Source of the DNA: an uncultured Acidimicrobiaceae bacterium
GTDB taxonomy: Bacteria; Actinomycetota; Acidimicrobiia; Acidimicrobiales; Bog-793
Assembly (NCBI GenBank): GCA_963804765.1
Contig: CAWDRQ010000026.1
Coordinates: 39,623 to 103,622, forward strand
Direction: 5' to 3'
Length of the DNA: 64,000 bases
A program made the translations under genes and the position numbers. Positions 62,405 through 64,000 of the stretch are shown here, one piece after another; within the stretch, counting starts at the first letter, position 1; each line of letters begins with the position of its first letter. The notes beneath the pieces are model-generated. The model ran no database searches. It was not told the DNA's origin and saw only the letters and a list, made by a program, of their open reading frames with translations.

Positions 62405-64000
62405 TTAGTTGGCCAACAAGGTTTTCAGAGCTCCCCCGCCGCGCAGGTAGACAGGGATGCGCTCCAAGGGCGCCAACGCCGTCATCCAACCCTTCCCCTT
62501 GACGGGCTCTCCGGTCGACGGGTCCAGCCAGGAGGCGCCGTGAGGTAAGTAGACCTCCCGCTCTCTCGCGCCATAAGTAGTGACCGGCGCCACCAGGACG
62601 TCGGGCCCGAACATGTACTCATCTTTGACCTGCCAGGCTTCCGGCTCGTCCGGGAACTCCAGGAACAGTGCTCGCATCGGGGGCAGCCCTGTCGTGCTTG
62701 CCGTTGCCATCACGTCCATTACGTACGGGCGCAGCACCTCGCGTAAGGCCAGTTGGGCTCGGATAATGTCGTACGCCTCCTCGCCGAAGGACCAAACCTC
62801 ATTTTGCCCTCCTGTCTGTGGCGGACCCGCCTGCGGGTTCGGTTCACGTGCGCCGTGGAGCCGGAAGAGCGGACAGAACACAGCGAACTGGAACCACCGC
62901 ACTAGCAGCTCCCGGAAGTAGGCCGAGCTCGGGTCCCCGCCCTTGAACCCGCCAATGTCAGTCGTCCACCACGGGATCCCAGAGATCCCGATGTTGAGGC
63001 CGGCGGGGACCTGCTTGGCGAGTGCGTCGAAGGTCGAGTCGATGTCGCCGGACCAAACCGCGGCTCCGTACCTCTGGCTCCCCGCCCACGCGGACCGGCA
63101 AAGGGTCACGATCTCCTTTTCCCCGCCGGCCCAGAGTCCCTCAGCGAAACCGCGAGCGTGTTCTCGCGGGTAGACGTTATGTACTTCGGCCCCTGGGCCG
63201 ATGTGAAACAAGTCGCTCTCGGGATCCTCCGGGAGCATCTCGGGTTCGCAGGCATCGAGCCAAAACGCGCGGATCCCGTACCGGCCGTACCCCTGTCTGA
63301 CCTTTTCCCACACATAGCTGCGTGCTTCGGGGTTGGTCGAGTCGTAGAACCGTACGAAGACCTGGCTATTGCTGCCCTTGTCCCAGAACGGCATATTAAG
63401 CGGCAGGGAGCGTACGTTGCCGACCAGCAGCCCGCGACGGTCCATTTCGCCATAGTTTTCACTATCGGGGTTTATGCTTGGCCAGACCGAGACCATGAGC
63501 TCGACGCCAAGCTCCTTCAGTTCGTCCACCATGGCTTGCGGGTCGGGCCACTCGGCCGGGTCGAACTTCCACTCGCCCTGGCGGGTCCAATGGAAGAAGT
63601 CGATAACGATAACTGACAGGGGCAAACCACGCCTCTTGTGCTCCCGGGCCACCGCTAGCAGCTCTTCCTGAGTCCGGTATCGCATCTTGGACTGCCAAAA
63701 CCCCGACGCCCACTCGGGGAGCATCGGCGGCAGGCCCGTCGCTTTCGAGTACTGGCTGACGACCTTGGCCGGCGTGGGCGCCGCGGTGACCCAATAATCG
63801 ATCTGCCTTGCTGCCTCAGCGACCCACTTGGTGCCACTGGCGCCTAGCTCCACGCGACCAATACCCGGCATGTTCCACAGGAAGCCATAACCACGGTTTG
63901 AGAGGGCGAAAGGTACGCAAACCTCCGTATTCCGTTGCACCAATTCGACGACGGTCCCCTTCTGGTCGAGCAGCCCGTGCTGGTGCTGCCCGAGCCCGTA
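62405..64000 (-). CDS. Glycoside hydrolase family 31 (alpha-xylosidase-like), 5' end beyond window
   Basis: GFWQSKMRY, VIDFFHW, FWLDACEPE nucleophile, WSGDI, WTTDIGGF, FRLHG, YMFGPDVLVAP. Confidence 0.92.
   Translation of the reverse strand, partial: YGLGQHQHGLLDQKGTVVELVQRNTEVCVPFALSNRGYGFLWNMPGIGRVELGASGTKWVAEAARQIDYWVTAAPTPAKVVSQYSKATGLPPMLPEWASGFWQSKMRYRTQEELLAVAREHKRRGLPLSVIVIDFFHWTRQGEWKFDPAEWPDPQAMVDELKELGVELMVSVWPSINPDSENYGEMDRRGLLVGNVRSLPLNMPFWDKGSNSQVFVRFYDSTNPEARSYVWEKVRQGYGRYGIRAFWLDACEPEMLPEDPESDLFHIGPGAEVHNVYPREHARGFAEGLWAGGEKEIVTLCRSAWAGSQRYGAAVWSGDIDSTFDALAKQVPAGLNIGISGIPWWTTDIGGFKGGDPSSAYFRELLVRWFQFAVFCPLFRLHGAREPNPQAGPPQTGGQNEVWSFGEEAYDIIRAQLALREVLRPYVMDVMATASTTGLPPMRALFLEFPDEPEAWQVKDEYMFGPDVLVAPVTTYGAREREVYLPHGASWLDPSTGEPVKGKGWMTALAPLERIPVYLRGGGALKTLLAN

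Overview
GC-rich actinobacterial chromosome segment; gene content and the GYWL/FGDA-repeat surface protein suggest class Acidimicrobiia (inference). Most of it is core genome: a hopanoid-type hpnA/hpnO pair, lat, a ThDP enzyme, a YhaO/YhaN nuclease-ATPase pair, the rpsB-tsf-pyrH-frr-cdsA-dxr-rseP-ispG-eis cluster, xerC-whiG, an OmpR/kinase/GerMN three-gene system, nadD-rsfS, class II DAHP synthase, a large secreted repeat protein with a GH25-like domain, MoxR/VWA, proB-X-proA, obgE, rpmA, rplU, rne, mreBCD-mrdA, cydABDC, ndk, folC, clpX, clpP, tig, tRNA-Pro and tRNA-Gly. About a dozen 1-2 bp frameshifts in conserved genes look like sequencing/assembly errors. After tRNA-Gly there is a ~3.4 kb islet of decayed toxin/defence DNA: an RHS core remnant, an antitoxin plus AbiEii-like nucleotidyltransferase broken by an exact 23-bp tandem duplication, a degenerate vapC, a 5'-truncated second nucleotidyltransferase, and AAA_13/RloC-like and integrase fragments. 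A GH31 glycosidase follows. I found no clearly complete novel system. The best leads are this islet, an Imm5-like gene inside proBA, a DosR-like box at an apparently inserted cydABDC, structured leaders at rne and the repeat-protein gene, and the missing rodA. All family calls come from motif recognition by eye, not database searches.
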